Below are positions 1 through 13,683 of a stretch of DNA of 64,000 bases, piece after piece (position 1 is the stretch's first letter; the number at the start of each line of letters is the position of its first letter). The notes below the pieces were generated by a model. It searched no databases, was not told the origin of the DNA, and worked only from the letters and a program-made list of their open reading frames with translations. Source of the DNA: the human T2T-CHM13v2.0 reference genome, Homo sapiens; NCBI RefSeq assembly GCF_009914755.1, contig NC_060930.1; one strand, given 5' to 3'. Made by a program: the position numbers and the translations under genes.

Positions 1-29
1 TTACAAGTGTGAGCCACCGTGCCCCACCT

Positions 30-655
30 ACTAATTTTAAAGTAACAATAAACTCCTATGTTAACATAAATAACATTGTTTTAAACTATATTTTTCAAAA
101 CAAGAACAACTTAGTGAGAAAAGAAACATTGTTTTACATGTTTACAAATCCTTGTTTTTACAGAAGATAGCTGGATTATTACATCAGCTTCTGTTCAATC
201 TGTTGCAGTATATTGCTTTTGTTGATGTATATAAAGAAAATCTAGCCTCACACAGATATGGAGTTGAAAAAGAAAATAATTTAATAGCCTTTCATGTTAC
301 TTTCATTTTGTCACATAAATGTTACAAAGATATATAACCAAGGGTCAAAATTCAATAAAATAATTTTTACCATGTCCTAATGGATATTCTAATGTGAAAC
401 CGGCTTTTTTTTTTTTTTAAAGGTGAGTACTTAGTGGTAGAAAACACAATGATTAGTAGTTGATGTCATTACCCTGATTTGAGACAAGGTGCCAGATTAA
501 CCCACTATCAATGAAAACAGTGCAAAAGGAAAATCAGTATAATCTTAGTATAATAAAGATCTTAGTATTTTAGTATAATAAAGAGAATTCTGACCATACA
601 AATCCCCTGAAAGGGTTTCAGAAATCCCCACTTCACACTTTGAAAACCACCTCTC
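30..655. mobile_element. Charlie1-like hAT DNA transposon fragment
   Basis: cagcttctgttcaatctgttgcagtatattg..gaaaatctagcctcacacagatatg; terminus cccctgaaagggtttc..cacactttgaaaaccac. Confidence 0.6.
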
Positions 656-1101
656 TAGAATGATGGGTTCTGTTTTCTCTAAGAAGGTAAGGCCTGAGTA
701 GAGGATAGAGAATAGTAAAGAGACAATTAACTAGAAAAAAGTAGACATACAGCACGCAGGGAAGGGTCTGGGTGAAGTTGAAAACCATGAATTTACAGTG
801 GCACCAGTGTGTAATTTTTTTTTAAATTTTTTTATTCTGCAGTAATCAGAAACTGAGGCTTAGTGGAGAGAAAATAAATGGATGAATTCAGAACTGACGT
901 TTTCATTTGGCAGACCAAAGAGTACCACAATTTTTGCTTATATATTTGGGTTACCTGTGTATTCTCTATCTCCCCAGCTTGTTGTAAGTTCCCTGAGGGC
1001 ATGAACCATGCACACTTTGCTCACCATGTCTGCCCATCAACTTCCACAGAGCATCAAGTAATGTAGGTACTTTGCAAATATTTATTAAACATGCATAAAC
1101 A

Positions 1102-1258
1102 GGTCTGGTATGGTGGCTCAGGCCTGTAATCCCAGCACTTTGGGAGGCTAACGTGGGAAGATCACTGGAGCCCAGGAGTTTGGGGTTGCAGTGAGCTATG
1201 ACTGCACCATTGCGTACTCCAGCCTGGGCAACAAAGCAAGACTGTCTTGAAAAAATAA
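1102..1258 (+). mobile_element. Alu monomer (FAM/FRAM-like)
   Basis: ggtggctcaggcctgtaatcccagcactttgggagg..gcagtgagctatgactgcaccattgc..ctccagcctgggcaac plus A tail. Confidence 0.85.
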
Positions 1259-2523
1259 TAAATGAATAAATAATGATGAATAAATGAATGAATCCATTAA
1301 TAAATCAGGAATTTTAGAATGGCATTGTGATAAGCTGACTATATAATTTAAAGCAAACTTACTGAGAACAGTTTAGTGTTTGCTATGGTTGCAAGGAAAA
1401 AAATTGATTGTATTTATAATTTGTTTATAGGTTATTTATAAAACACTTAAGCCTCTTTTAATCATGGCTCCCACTCCAGCACAACTTGTGGACGAGAAAG
1501 GGAAAAATGACTGAGGTTTACTCTCTTACCACTCTGTATGTGTGTGAGAGAATAAGAGTCCACAGAAATTGCTCTTTTGTACTCCACGAATATGAGGAAG
1601 TATGAGTAGAGGGGAACTGGTACAGAACAGAAGTTATTTTGGGTAAGATCAAGGGCAGGATGTAAGAAAACTAGTTTTCAGTTACAAGGGAATAACCATT
1701 GGGAATAGAGCTGTGCTTCAGTGAAGTACTCAAATGGTTTAATCCAGGGTAAACCTCATGTTCTGGGCAGTCGTGCCCCCTGTAGTGCTTTAATTCACTA
1801 TGGGAAAACATCCAATCTGTGTTTTACAAAAAAGTTACTTTTTGGAACCCAGTACCTACTAGCAGAGAGGACCTCCTGAAAAAATAATACTCAGTACACC
1901 TCCGAGGCCACTTTTACCCTAGCTTCCCACTATACATAGTGAAAATCCTTGTTTTGAATCTGAAAGGATGATTAAAATCTTCCATATATGTGCCCTTCCC
2001 TGCCCTCCAGGATGATTGAGAGGATAAGCTAGAGGCAGGGAGACTAACTGAGGGAAGAAAAAACAACCAAAACCAAAACCAACAAAAAACCTGGAATATA
2101 AAATTTCACCAACATCTAGTAAACAGTCAACAGGTTTCTGAGATCTCAAAAGCCCTCTCACTCTGGACTCACTCCTACATATTTCCCCTTGCTTTGAAGC
2201 TAAAGAGCAACTTTCTCTTAATGCTGAACTAAGGTCTGGCCAGAAGAGGCCTAACATCACACAAGGCAGCCGTAATCTCTCCTAACCTACTTCTACGAAC
2301 TCTCTAATCTGTAACAGGAAAGAAGCAGTTGGGAGCCTCCACCTCTAAAATATCCTTCATAGAGTCCAAGCCACTGGTCTCTCTCTATACACGTACATGT
2401 GTATTTTACGGTCTCTGTCTTTAATAAGACTACAAACTATAGAGGCCTTCTTTCTAGATTTTTTTTATTATTAAAATACTTCAATGATAGTTATTCATAT
2501 TTTGGTTTCATTTATCTTTGTAC

Positions 2524-2598
2524 CTTTTCACCATTGTAGGATTGTAAAGATAGATCTTCATAAAGTGTCTTTCCTTCTCATGATAACCATAAAAAGGC
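2524..2598 (-). CDS. REV3L: REV3L coding exon 3 (75 nt), DNA polymerase zeta catalytic subunit N-terminal domain
   Basis: Minus strand reads ...tttttttcttatatttcag|G CCT TTT TAT...GTG AAA AG|gtacaa. It encodes (M)PFYGYHEKERHFMKIYLYNPTMVK(R), matching the recalled REV3L N-terminus. Phase fits exon 2, which ends GGA AT. Confidence 0.97.
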
Positions 2599-3291
2599 CT
2601 GAAATATAAGAAAAAAAATTTCAAATTATTTTCATAATTCAGAGATGAAATAATGCAACTTATTGCCCTAATTAGATTCAGCTGGCCAAATTCAGTCTTA
2701 CGTTTAATATTATCCACCCCCCAAAAAACAACTAAAAAATCCCAAACCTTTCAGTTAAACCTAGCACAGGTTAACATGAAATACTGAAGCTTTTTTAAAA
2801 AGTGTAAAAAATATCACTTTCTTTAATTACTGACGATGGGAATTAAAAATTATCACTCTGAAAAAACTATGGACAAAAAGGAAGAACAAACCATCCACCC
2901 CTTAATCTCAAACATCAAGACTCTTTAAGTGGCTTTTTGTTTTCTTTACTCCACATATAAGAAAACATATTTTTGTTTGCTTTACTCCACATATGAGAGA
3001 AACAGACCTTTCAGCCGCCTTCTTCTGGCTCCCATTTTTTTGTTAAAAACTGAAGTTCTTCTTCAACAAAGTCCTTTACTTAACAACACTTACATTACTT
3101 TCCTTATTCAGCTGTTTATTATTATTTTATAAGTTCAATAAGCAGAGACAATGTACCTATTATATGTACACACAGCATGTATTTCAGTAGCTGATATGAA
3201 TAAACCTGTAACACACAACCATATCAAGTGCATCCTGTGAAAAAACTGTGTAGACAGGAACTTAAGAGACTGAAAAAGACCATGGACTTAC

Positions 3292-3339
3292 TTAAGCAAC
3301 ATAATCATGTTATGGCTGAGTTTTTTCTCGGGGTATCAG
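3292..3339 (-). other. Candidate cryptic/poison exon in REV3L intron 2 (48 nt; alternative acceptor gives 77 nt, 3292-3368)
   Basis: Minus strand reads cttttgcttccccctttcctcattccag|CTGATACC...TTGCTTAA|gtaagt: a strong pyrimidine tract and a consensus donor in non-repetitive sequence. Confidence 0.45.
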
Positions 3340-5049
3340 CTGGAATGAGGAAAGGGGGAAGCAAAAGGCTATATAACAGGAAGAGAAATCCTCGGTGCAA
3401 GATGAAATAAGCTGAACTCTCACATCATTTCAGGAGGATCTGAAACTACACTACAACCTCTGATATACAGAACACTATTTTCAAGGATGATGTAATTAGA
3501 AACAATACATAAACAGGCGTAAATTTGTGAATGAAATAAAAGGCTTTGTATTGGCTGAAAAGTGGTCTGTTAATACACGGTTAAATCTTTAGGTGGATAA
3601 ACCCAATCACTCTTTATTTAAAAACATTGTTCCCTTATGACAGGCAGCAGATAATAGAATTTACTCTCATAGGACATCACCTCTCTGTGATGTCTAATAG
3701 TGTAGTGGACATCAAATAAAGGACTAATTTGGTAGCAGAGACATTATTTTGGGTATAATTTTTTAGTTGTTTTAAGCCATCTGTATTATTGTTATAAAGT
3801 AATTTCTGTTAAAAAAAAAAAAAAACAACTATTTACCAAGGTCTAAAGGGTTCCTCATCTCATCCTTGCCTCTCACTCCAATCTCAAGTCATACCATTCT
3901 TCCTTCTCCTCCAACCACTCTAAACATTTCAGACCCTCTAACTCGATCCCTCAAGTGGAAAGCTCCGCTCTGGACTTTTGCATGGCTTGTTTAATCTTCA
4001 TTCAGAACTCTGCTTAATTTACCTTCTCAGAAAAGTCTCACCTGACCATCCCTCCCTCTTACTCTTCACCCTTTTCTTAACTTTTTATAATACCACTTCC
4101 CGTCTAGTTTGCTGCTGTATACCCTATTTTGTTGCCATGAAGAATTGGTTAAAGAAAGACATATTACATAAATGATATCATTCTCTCTCATTGGCAAATT
4201 CAACCTTAACTGTAGCCCTTTCCTGCTATGGTATTTTTCATATATACAAAGGTAGTTGTCTGGAAACATGGGTTATCTTCAGCCAGATGAATGGTTTTGC
4301 CAAAAGAATTCCTCATCAGGGAGACTCTTTGGGGGAAAAAAGTAGAATGGAGGAGTATGAAAGCAGATGTTTTCATGTTTAAAAAATTATATCTCGTAAT
4401 TAGTTTTTTAAGTATATCAATAGGAAGGAAAATGAGTGTGGATAGCGAAAAATCTCACCTAATTAATTTTGATGGATTGAGAATCTCTTTATAGAAGATT
4501 CTCTAAAATCATGAGTGAGAAGGAATCCCAGAAATTAGCCCAAGGTCATGATCCTATCTCTTAACTCAGCCTCAGGATAGTGATAGTCTAAAAAGAATAG
4601 AGTTAAACCTCATGTAAATGTTAATTTGGTAGCTAGATGCAACTTTATGTAACTTAAGTAGGAAAAATTGAAGGAGTAAAGGAATTAGAGAAGGTAGAAT
4701 GAATGGGAAGGAAAAAGGGGATCTAGGGAAGAAAATGACCAAAAAATTAGAAGAAAAAAGAAAACTGCAATGAAAAATTAGAGTGAGCAGCTCATCTGTT
4801 GCCCCATGTATCCAGATCTGTAACTCAACTACTCTCAAAAATGTGGCAATGTCTTTAACAAATACAAAAATACAGGAAGATAAGTGACTATGTATTTCAC
4901 TGGGCTGTTTGGAGACTTAACTTTGAAATGAGGATATATATAGGAAAGTTATTAGAAACTATCAAGAATAAACAAAACTAAAAGATAAAGTAGATAATTA
5001 TCCCTAACATAATTGCTCCTGTTATAGGATGAGTGTAAACTTTCACCTC

Positions 5050-7070
5050 ATTCATTTATCCAACCAAACAGTTATTGAGTCATCTCATACATGCTAGTGC
5101 ACTAGCATGCAGTTTACATGCTAGTGGAAGAAACACATAAAAATTAAGTAAATAAATAAAAATTAAAATACCTGCAAACTGTATTAAGTGCTAAAGAAAA
5201 CAAATAATGGGCTGAGATACAGAATAATAAAAACAGTAATAATAATAATGCCCTACTTAAAATACCTTATTTTACGTGGGATAGTCAAAGAAAACTTCTC
5301 TGAAGAGGTCAATGATCTGGAGGATTGGGGAAGGGTAGAACACTCAAGGAAAGAAAATTGTACATACAAAGAACTTAGGTGAGAAACAACTTGGATAGCA
5401 GAGGAACTGAGAGAAAGTCACTGTTTCTGAATGGAATACAGAAAGCAGAGTTTCAGAGGTAGATGGGGTGAGGTCACATAGGTTATGGCTAGAAGTTTAA
5501 ATTGTATTCTATTAACAATATGAAGCCACTCAAGAATTTTTAAATGATTTTAAATTTACAGTATAAGAGTACTTCTGCTGCTCTGGAATGAGATAAAAAT
5601 AGAAGGAAATTCAATTAAAATGATACTATCATGGTCCAGAGGAAAGCCTAGATTAAGGTGGAAGCAGAGATTTAAGGTCTCCACTTGGATTTCATATGGA
5701 CATAAAACAACTCAAATGTTCCTGTATGAGCTCCAGATCTTTCCTGTCAGTTGACTCTACCTCTACCTTCCGTCTTCCTAGCAGAACACCCTTAAACTTT
5801 TGCAGTCAACCTTGATTCCTCTCTCACAATCCTTACCCAAACACAAAGCAAAGCTAATACATTAACTCAACCTTCAGAATAGATCCAGAAGCTGATGATT
5901 ACTTCCCTGCTACCACCCTAGTTCAAGCCACACTATTTTCTTTTTTGTTTTAATTTTAATTCCTTGGTCTTTTCTACCTTAATATCAAGCCACCATATTT
6001 TCTTACCCAGATTAATGTCCTAATTCTCTCCCTGCTCTTATTCTCGTCCCCCTACAATCTATTATTAATACAGTTGCTTAAGTAATCCTTTCCAGTTTAA
6101 GCCAGATCTTGGCTGCTCAAAATCATGTAATAACTTACAGTAAAAGTCAAAGTCCTTACATTAGCCTACTGAGTGATTAACAAACTTAAGCATGCATAAG
6201 AATCATCAGAAAGGCTTTATTAAAACACAAATTGCTGGGCCCCAAGAATGTAGTTCTACCAAGTTCCCAGGTGTGTCAGTCCCAGTCCTCCAAGAAGTAA
6301 ATGCCAAATGTGAGAGAAAATGAGAAGGCAGCCAGAAGAAGCCGGCATAGCCACCAGACCTAGATACCAGTCTCATCTCAAGTGGACAGAGGGATGTTTT
6401 ACAGATCTGCTTTAGTATCTTTGCCATGCTCAGTCATAGGGTAAGAGTAGCCTATGGAAAGCAGCTCATGTGGAGTGACAGATTGGAATTGAGTGTATAG
6501 TAGCTGGGGCCATTCACTCATTCTCTGTGTATTTGGAGATCTGAGAGGTATATTCTCATGGCTGTAAAACTAGGTAAAGCTAATGATAGTAGGTGATACT
6601 AGGAAACCAAAGTATGGAAACCACACTTTGAGAATCATTGGTCCTCACAGTCTCTACCCTCTCATCTCTCTCTTATCTCATTTAGTCCAACTCTCCTTTA
6701 CTCTTCCACTCTAGTCACCTGGCTTCCATGCTGTTCCTACTCCCTTACCTCCTTCAGGTCTTTGCTCAGATGTTGTTACTTTGTCAATGACACATTCCCT
6801 GATTACTCTAAAATTGTCACTAGTCTACTTCCTTACCCCACACTACTATTCCTTCTTATCCTGCTTGTATAGATTCTTTCCTTCCACACGACTAATTATC
6901 ATATAGCAAATAAATTAATTTAATGTTGTATTTATTGGTTATTATCTGTTTCCCGTAGTAGAATGTAACTTCCACATGGGCAGGGCTCTTTGTTTTGTCC
7001 AGCAGTATATCCCAAACGCCTAGAACAGTGCTTAGCACATAAAAAGTATTTAAGAAATATTTGCTGAATA
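5050..7070. mobile_element. Cluster of L2 fragments in both orientations
   Basis: L2 3' ends: cattcatttatccaaccaaacagttattgag (minus, ~5050) and tagaatgtaacttccacatgggcaggg..cctagaacagtgcttagcacata..aaatatttgctgaataaa (plus, ~6955-7070). Confidence 0.65.
6170..6640. mobile_element. MER5A fragment split by an MLT1-like LTR (~6270-6570)
   Basis: caaacttaagcatgcataagaatca..aaaacacaaattgctgggcccc ... accacactttgagaatcattg flanking tgtgtcagtcccagtcctccaagaag... Confidence 0.5.
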
Positions 7071-7326
7071 AATTACTATATGAATTACTAATGAATTTCT
7101 ATAGTTACAGGAAGCAGAGAAATGGGAAAGGAAACAACAAAAATCACTGTTGACTCTCTACCTTTCATTGCCATAAAAATTCATGTTAAAAAGTTACAGC
7201 AAGGAATTCACTACAGTTCCATTAGACTAGAAGTAAAAGAAATAGAGTTTATCAACTGAGTATGTTTTCCTCTAAATAGAATAGCAACATAAACAGAAAT
7301 TATAAAATATATTATCATATACTTAC

Positions 7327-7516
7327 ATTCCTGATACTAATGACACTTTGAACACATGCTGAGCAGTGGAAGATGGATTGCCTAAAGCCACATTAAGTGC
7401 TCTGTCGATACTGAATGCCATCTGAGAAAGATAGCTTTCTGGCTGCTGTCCATAACCATCGTATGGCACATAGAGGTAAGGAAAGATGCCATGTAGATGA
7501 AGACATGTCTTCTGAC
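7327..7516 (-). CDS. REV3L: REV3L coding exon 2 (190 nt)
   Basis: Minus strand reads ttacattttag|GT CAG AAG ACA...TCA GGA AT|gtaagt. It encodes (G)QKTCLHLHGIFPYLYVPYDGYGQQPESYLSQMAFSIDRALNVALGNPSSTAQHVFKVSLVSG(M), REV3L aa ~47-110. Internal Met79 ATG is at 7421-7419. Confidence 0.97.
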
Positions 7517-10500
7517 CTAAAATGTAACACATTATAAAGTTTAGTTTCCAGACACAGTTTAACAATACAAAACTCAGAATGAAACTCATTTAAATGTTCT
7601 AATGGCAACACAGCTTATCTAAGGGAAGAGTTGAAAAAAATTAACCCATAGTTCAAAGTAACCAGTATTAACTACATTTTACAACAGAACATTTGGAAAC
7701 ATTGTGTAAACACAAGCATTGTATAACAGTATGACTTAAACAGTAGTTTTGATGAAAGTATTTTCACTATTTAACCCTCATAATCCAACTAGTCTTGTGT
7801 ACTTCACTGAATCATCTATAAATACCAGTGTTATGAAGGTTATAAGCACAGTGTTATGAAGGTTACAAAAATTCACAAAAAGTTTACTAAATAAATCAAT
7901 GAATGCCTGTCTTGGCATTAATGTTTTCAAACAAGAGCCTTCCCTAAAAGAGAGGCAGCTCTGGGAGAAAGGGGAATGTAAAAGCAGTTCCAGTGTGCAG
8001 AATTTTGCTATTGCAGTGGGAAGGAGGGTAAAAATGAAATTTTGCCATTAAAAGGAAAAAAAAAAAGACAAAACCAAATCAAAACAAAATCTCTACAGAT
8101 CAATTATCTATAATGGATTTCAGGGTATCTAAATTTTATATTTGGTGGTATGGAACAAGGGGAGACAAAAGGCCAACATGCACACTTCTCAGAAAACCAA
8201 TATATCAGTCAAGGTGCAGAAGGGGTAAATGGTGCTGACTTGCCAACAGACAATCCAGCACAGCCATGATAAAGAAAGTAATTTGAGTGAGAACCCACAA
8301 AAGAAATGCCACAGAAACGATAATCTGTCCATGACAAGATTAAGTAACAACAATGGCAACAAAAAGCAGATGCACCATTGCTCTCATGAATCTGGCAGGG
8401 CTGTATGGAAGTGGTTACTGTCCTCAGAGCATTGTCCCTAGTTCCCCTTGGGTATGTGCCATTTGTCTAATCCAAACAGAGAGGAGAACAGCAGTGATGG
8501 AAGAACACATCCATTTTTCTCATGCTGTCACCCGCTCTCACTGTGCTGTTCCTGCCAACACAAGCCTCAGGCTTCTTCCCCACCCCTTATCCCTCCTCAC
8601 TCTGCTTCACTGGGCCTTTTCTTTTGGTAGGAACGTAAATATTTGTTTGATCACTATTTCCCATTTATGATTTAGAATGATTTATATAAAATATATAGAA
8701 AGTAGTTCTACACTGTGTTGATATCTTAATGTTTACATTTCTTATAAAGAATAACATTAGCTTCTCTTATTTTTAAGGTACACTTACGACAGAAAAATAA
8801 ATCTGGAACAGTTATTACATAAAGCAGAGCAAATTTAGAAAGATCAGTCACATAATGAAACAAGATCTGATTCTCCGAACTGTAATATTCTGATTTGAAC
8901 TACCAACTGTCGTGCTTTTGAAAAATTACAAATTGTGTTGCTGTTATACAAATTTCAGTTTCCAGTTTGGCTATTTCATTTCTAAATACAACATGGTATT
9001 AATTCCTAAATTTTATAGTTTTTCAATTCTTCAAATAGAGAACATTCAAACTATATTAATGAGTCTTAATAGATTTAATCAATTTACTGATGACTTACTT
9101 GAATGCTTTTTAAATATCTCATGAATAAATGTTATAACCATTACCCTTCTGGACAAAAACCACAATTTGACTAAGAGTAACTGGTATGCTAAACTACAGG
9201 TTGAGGGAGGTGGGAAGACAGTGAATTATTTCCTCTTAAGTTGACAAATGCAAGACCAGTGATTACAGAATTACTAGTGCAATGCCATATTTTACAAGCA
9301 ATACTGTAAATTCCTAAGGTATTTGTTTTATAGTCAATATATCTCAATAATGGAATTTTGGGTAAATTTTACAAGAAACAATTACAAAATTGGACTGTAT
9401 TAATAGTTTCTTTATGGTCAGAGTGTTCACAAAGTGTCTTAAAAATAATTTTATATCCACTTTTCACATCTCCTGTGAAGTAGGGACCAGAAGAATTACC
9501 TTTCTATTTATAGGCTTCAGAACTACAACAATTTTGGGATGTACAATTTAGGAAAAAGGAAGAAATGATTTACTCAGCAGGTAATAGGGTAAGTGCTTTA
9601 CCTATGTATTTCTAATTAGGATAATCTTGCAGTATTGATGGAGGTTAACGTTCCCAAAGTCACATAACTATTAAGCAATAGAATCCAGCTCAACAAAACC
9701 TAAAACCAATACTCTTTCCATTTAACCATGCTGGTTCAATGTTTTTAAAAAGTCAATGTTGGCTTCCTTAATTCCTCAGTTTTTATTTTTTATTATAATT
9801 GCCTGTTTCCTTATCTAACTTTCCCATTTCATGGCAAAAACTCTTAGGGAGGTGTTATTGTGTTCAAATGAACACTATGTCCCCAGAACTCAACAAAAAA
9901 CACATGGTATGTGCTTAACAAACATTTATTAAATGAATTAAAGAACCCACAACAAAACAGAATAACTGCTTAAGGACAAAGGAATGATGTGAAAGCCTTT
10001 GAATATCTGAAGAAACACATCCACGAAAAAAGAGGGACTCTGATACAATTAATGTAACTACCATCAGGGTTAGAGGAGGACATGGGTGTGTGGGGTTGAG
10101 AAGGATCCCCAGCATATTGCACTTTCCTACCCTGAATGACCTGAAGTGCCATCCAAATCTGTAGTCACTCTATCAACACAGACGTACCTCTCTCTCCAGT
10201 GCTCCTGCAGCTAGAGATGGCTCAGTGCCTTACTCATCACCCTTCCTCAAGAACAACCTCCTGAAGAACAACCACAACACAAGGAATTCTTGGCATAGCA
10301 CTAACAGCTCTAATATAGAATAAGAATGATATAAGAGAAAATGAAAGAAACAGGATAAAATAAAAAACTCAAAAGTTAAATAAGGAAAGAGAAATGTGTA
10401 AAAATGAACACGAGAGTCAACTGCTTTTTGGAAATAGTATGTCTTTTATTACCATAAAATTTGTAGTTCTGTAATTTGCTTTATCTTGACAAGATACAGA

Positions 10501-10865
10501 CCACTTCTATTTATTTCCCTCCGCTAGCTCTACCTCACACAAATGTGTGGAGATACAGAGCTGTAAAGTCTTTAGAGATAAACCAGTCTACTACAACTCC
10601 CGTTAGTTAGGATTAGGTTAAATTGTGAGAAAATGCCCCCAAATCAGTGGATTTAGCATTAAAATTAGTGGCTTCTCTCCTAAAAGAAGTCCAGAGGTAG
10701 GTAGCTGGTACTAGAAACCCAGCTTTTTTCAACATCTAGTTAGTGGTCTAATTAAGAACTTGTGACTTCAGTCCAGGCGCTTTTCCACTATACTTCTAGA
10801 AGTTCCACATACAGGATGCTTTCAAGAATGTTTTTATAAAATTAGTGAAAGTTATGGTATTTTGA

Positions 10866-11188
<323 letters not shown>

Positions 11189-11267
11189 ATTTTGGATTCT
11201 TAAAGGATTCAGGGTATTAGGTATTTCTAGGTAACATATAGATTTAAGGAAAGAAAATATCCCTACC

Positions 11268-11580
11268 CCTTCAACTCTATTAACGTAAACTGATACATAA
11301 AAATTGTACATATATATGGTATACAACATGAAACTTTGATATGTATACACCATGAAATGATTAAGTCGAGCTAACATATCCATCACTTCACATACTTATT
11401 ATTTTGTGGTAAGAGCATTTAAAATCTAATCTCTTAGCGATTTTCAAGTATATAATACATTATCAACTACAGTCACCATGCAGTACAACTGATGTCCAGA
11501 ACTTATTCATCATGTCTAGCTGAAACTTCATACTCTTTAAACAACAACTCCCCTTCCCCTCCTCTGAAGGTTCCCTCTTA
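11268..11580 (-). mobile_element. L1MA-type 3' end fragment (sense to REV3L)
   Basis: aattgtacatatatatggtatacaacatg..atccatcacttcacatactt..ttaactacagtcaccatg..ctgaaact. Confidence 0.8.
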
Positions 11581-11903
11581 CTATCATGGCAAACTGAAGT
11601 TAGACAACAAGTCCAAGAGAAATAAGATCGTCTGTGGCTGAACAAGCCCATGTACACAGGTTTCAAAAATTTCAGAGTTTGAATTTTCCAATTTGATTGA
11701 TGTTCCCTAATTCAGAAGCTGCAAAAGTTATTTTAAAAAGCGCCACCAAAACTTGACACCATGGCAAAACTCTGTGGAGCTGGCTACTTCCCATTGTGTG
11801 TAAGTACATAACAAAAGGCAGATGCCTCTTCAACAAGGAGTATGTGGGTGCTCTGAATTTCATCTTTCACGGAACCCAGAATTATACTAAACATTAAGTC
11901 CTT

Positions 11904-12197
<294 letters not shown>

Positions 12198-12390
12198 TTA
12201 AGTCCTTTATATCCCAACATTTCTTATTGTCATTTTTCAACATTTTATTCTGCAATTTAGGTGTCTTGATTTGGTCTCTAAATTGCCCATCTAAAATCTT
12301 GTTAGCCTATTTGTAGTAAAATTACTTGGGGTATTTTTGTAGATTCAGTTTCGATAAACACAAAGACTAAATGTACCATTCCTCTAATTT

Positions 12391-12610
12391 GGGGGTCTGA
12401 AAACTTTTTCTGGAAGGTGACAGTAAATATTTTAGGCTTTATGGGACATGCTGTATCTGACACAATTACATAACTCTGCTGTTGTAGCCTGGAAGCAGCT
12501 GTATGCAATACTTAAGTGAACGGGCATGACCGTGTTACAATAAAACTTCATTTACAAAAACACGCAACATGAGGGATTTGGCCCATGGATAGTAGTTTGC
12601 CAATCTCTGC
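12391..12610 (+). mobile_element. MER58A hAT MITE
   Basis: ggggtctgaaaactttttctg..gtaaatattttaggcttt..caataaaacttcatttacaaaaac..gatttggccc..tagtttgccaatctctg. Confidence 0.8.
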
Positions 12611-13269
12611 TCTAATTAATTAGACTTCTTTCTCCATCATCATCTGGAATAGAAAAGTTTTTTTTTTTTTAAAGCTGATGGGTAATCAAAATCAAAATAG
12701 TGATAGCCTAAGAGTATCTTAGGAGAATAAGAAATACTCATTGTGTAATTTGCATATCCCATCTCCCAAATCTCAAATTCAATCTAAACAAGGTTTTAAA
12801 CAAACCTCGACAGAGCTATAAAACAGAAAAACTTGGTATGTGAGCAAGAACATTTACGTTTACAAAAATTTTCATATTTTCTTCTTCCTGGAACATCTCA
12901 AGTTTTATATCACTATCATTAACTCCATCTGTTTCCTTCCAGTCTTTCTTTGCTTCTGTCTTTCTAAATTTTACTCCATCTTTCTTTTCCCATCTCCACA
13001 AAACCACAAAACGAACTAAACAAAACTCAGTCACAGAAAGTGTTAAATTATCTATTCTCATGGAAAAAGAAAAGTTGTAAGGATGTACTCTTAGCCTTGG
13101 AAATTAGATTTTCAGAATTTATCTTACAGAAAAACTTAAAAATGTACACGAAGATTCAGATACTAAGATGTGAGGTATGACTAACAATAGTGAAAAAAAT
13201 GAAGATAATCTAAATTTCCAAAAATAGGGAAATAAGTAAAATTATGTTATATCTGTATAATAGCTCTGT

Positions 13270-13465
13270 GGCTCTGTAGCAAATCCTGCTTCCTGCCTGA
13301 TTTTCTAAATAAAGTTTTATAAGAATACACCACAGCCATTTAGAATGGTCTATGGCTGCTTATGCTATAGACAGAGTTGAGCAGTTGCAATAGACACCCT
13401 ACAACCCTCAAAACCTAAAATATGTGCTTTCTTGTTCTTTATAGAAAAAGTTTGCTAACCTCAGC
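13270..13465 (-). mobile_element. MER58-family MITE fragment
   Basis: aaataaagtttta..cacagccat..tatggctgct..gagttgagcagttgcaatagac..aaaagtttgctaacc. Confidence 0.7.
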
Positions 13466-13585
13466 AACAGAAGATGTTTAAGTGTATTTCCTAGTATAAG
13501 AAAATGTTTATGATGTCTTTATAGTCAGATGAAAATCAGTTATAAAATAACATAGTACATGAGACCAGGTGATGAGTGATTCTTT

Positions 13586-13608
13586 TATATATATATGGGT
13601 GATTCTTT

Positions 13609-13683
<75 letters not shown>
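13586..13683. repeat. Interrupted (TA)n microsatellite
   Basis: About 75 nt of (TA)n broken by three CA units (13608-13683), preceded by a duplicated gtgattcttttatatatata unit. Confidence 0.95.

Noticed and set aside
7826-7865. Direct repeat cagtgttatgaaggtta x2 (period 23)
   Set aside because: Only two copies; an ordinary slippage duplication and not CRISPR-like.
12816-13061. 81-aa charged ORF (..WEKKDGVKFRKTEAKKDWKETDGVNDSDIKLEMFQEEE..) on the REV3L strand
   Set aside because: Not part of the recalled REV3L sequence, no convincing splice sites and no recognisable domain; the purine-rich composition explains it.
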